From the NCBI GenBank assembly GCA_950097015.1, contig CATNEN010000038.1, positions 21,886,001 through 21,950,000 on the forward strand: a DNA stretch of 64,000 bases, given 5' to 3'. The first letter of the stretch is position 1; each line of letters starts with the position of its first letter. The translations under genes and the position numbers were made by a program. The stretch comes from Macrostomum hystrix (lineage: Eukaryota > Animalia > Platyhelminthes). Positions 63,107-64,000 of this stretch are shown one piece after another. The notes under the pieces are model-generated. The model had not been told where the DNA came from. It searched no databases and saw only the letters and a list, made by a program, of their open reading frames with translations.

Positions 63107-63439
63107 TTTAACTAGCTAGCTAAGCCAAGCACTCGCGCTGACTCTCTTCTTTTTACGAGCGCGTCTTTCATTTAGCGGTACAGTACCTTAATGCTAGTGT
63201 CTATGGCCATTTTTGCTTTTAGCTTTGTACTTTATGCTATTCAACTGAGGGATAGATACATATAATATTCCCCACTTATTCCAGTGTCTATGGCAATAAA
63301 TGCACTCGTGCATCGCTTATTGACCGCACTCAAGCATTTATTACCCTAGCCCTGGAATAAATGGGGAATATACATTTATGTATATGTATACCATATATAT
63401 ATATGTATACCATATCTCTCACTGGGACTTGGGACTTGG

Positions 63440-64000
63440 GAGAGGAAGGGAATTGCATTTGTGAGATGAAGGGAATAGCATTTGTGAGAGGAAGGGAATT
63501 GCATTTGTGAGAGGAAGGGAATTGCATTTGTGAGAGAAAGGGAATTGCATTTGTGAGAGGAAGGGAATTGCATTTTTGAGAGGAAGGGAATTGCATTTGT
63601 GAGATGAAGGGAATAGCATTTGTGAGAGGAAGGGAATTGCATTTGTGAGAGGAAGGGAATTGCATTTTTGAGAGGAAGGGAATTGCATTTGTGAGATGAA
63701 GGGAATTGCATTTGTGAGAGGAAGGGAATTGCATTTGTGAGATGAAGGGAATTGCATTTGCGAGATGAAGGGAATAGCATTTGTGAGAGGAAGTGAATAG
63801 CATTTGTGAGATGAAGGGAATTGCATTTGTGAGAGGAAGGGAACTGCATTTGTGAGAGGAAGGGAATTGCATTTGCGAGATGAAGGGAATTGCATTTGTG
63901 AGATGAAGGGAATTGCATTTGTGAGAGGAAGGGAATTGCATTTGTGAGATGAAGGGAATTGCATTTGTGAGAGGAAGGGAACTGCATTTGTGAGAGGAAG
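63440..64000. repeat. 23-bp purine-rich minisatellite running off the window
   Basis: Unit gaggaagggaattgcatttgtga. Confidence 0.97.

Overview
Eukaryotic (animal) nuclear DNA with AT-rich introns, GC-richer exons and very dense minisatellites. Gene content and architecture suggest a spliced-leader (SL) trans-splicing free-living flatworm such as Macrostomum; this is an inference. There are two divergent same-strand gene clusters. Minus strand: kazrin-like SAM gene, ICT1/MRPL58, AMMECR1, then a secreted mucin-like Thr/Pro repeat gene running off the left edge. Plus strand: SGF11/ATXN7L3, DHX16, an orphan low-complexity ORF, NUPR1-like, ZDHHC16, DERA, SEC61G and a CHP-like EF-hand gene. Mobile DNA includes a Helitron fragment with a nested hAT MITE, a decayed mariner, MITEs, a tRNA-derived SINE family, a 5'-truncated RTE-like LINE and Crypton-like remnants. 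Three things stand out. (1) The 8-gene plus cluster looks like an operon, and every intergenic gap holds a different minisatellite, usually ending 25-140 nt before the next gene's 3' splice acceptor. (2) DERA and ICT1 have no usable genomic ATG and open in frame exactly at an acceptor AG, as expected if the flatworm SL's terminal AUG is the start codon. (3) DERA intron 2 hides an antisense spliced gene with tyrosine-recombinase motifs fused to a C-terminal PWWP chromatin-reader domain. Most long ORFs in the supplied track are artefacts of the tandem repeats. Repeat boundaries are approximate and were read by eye.
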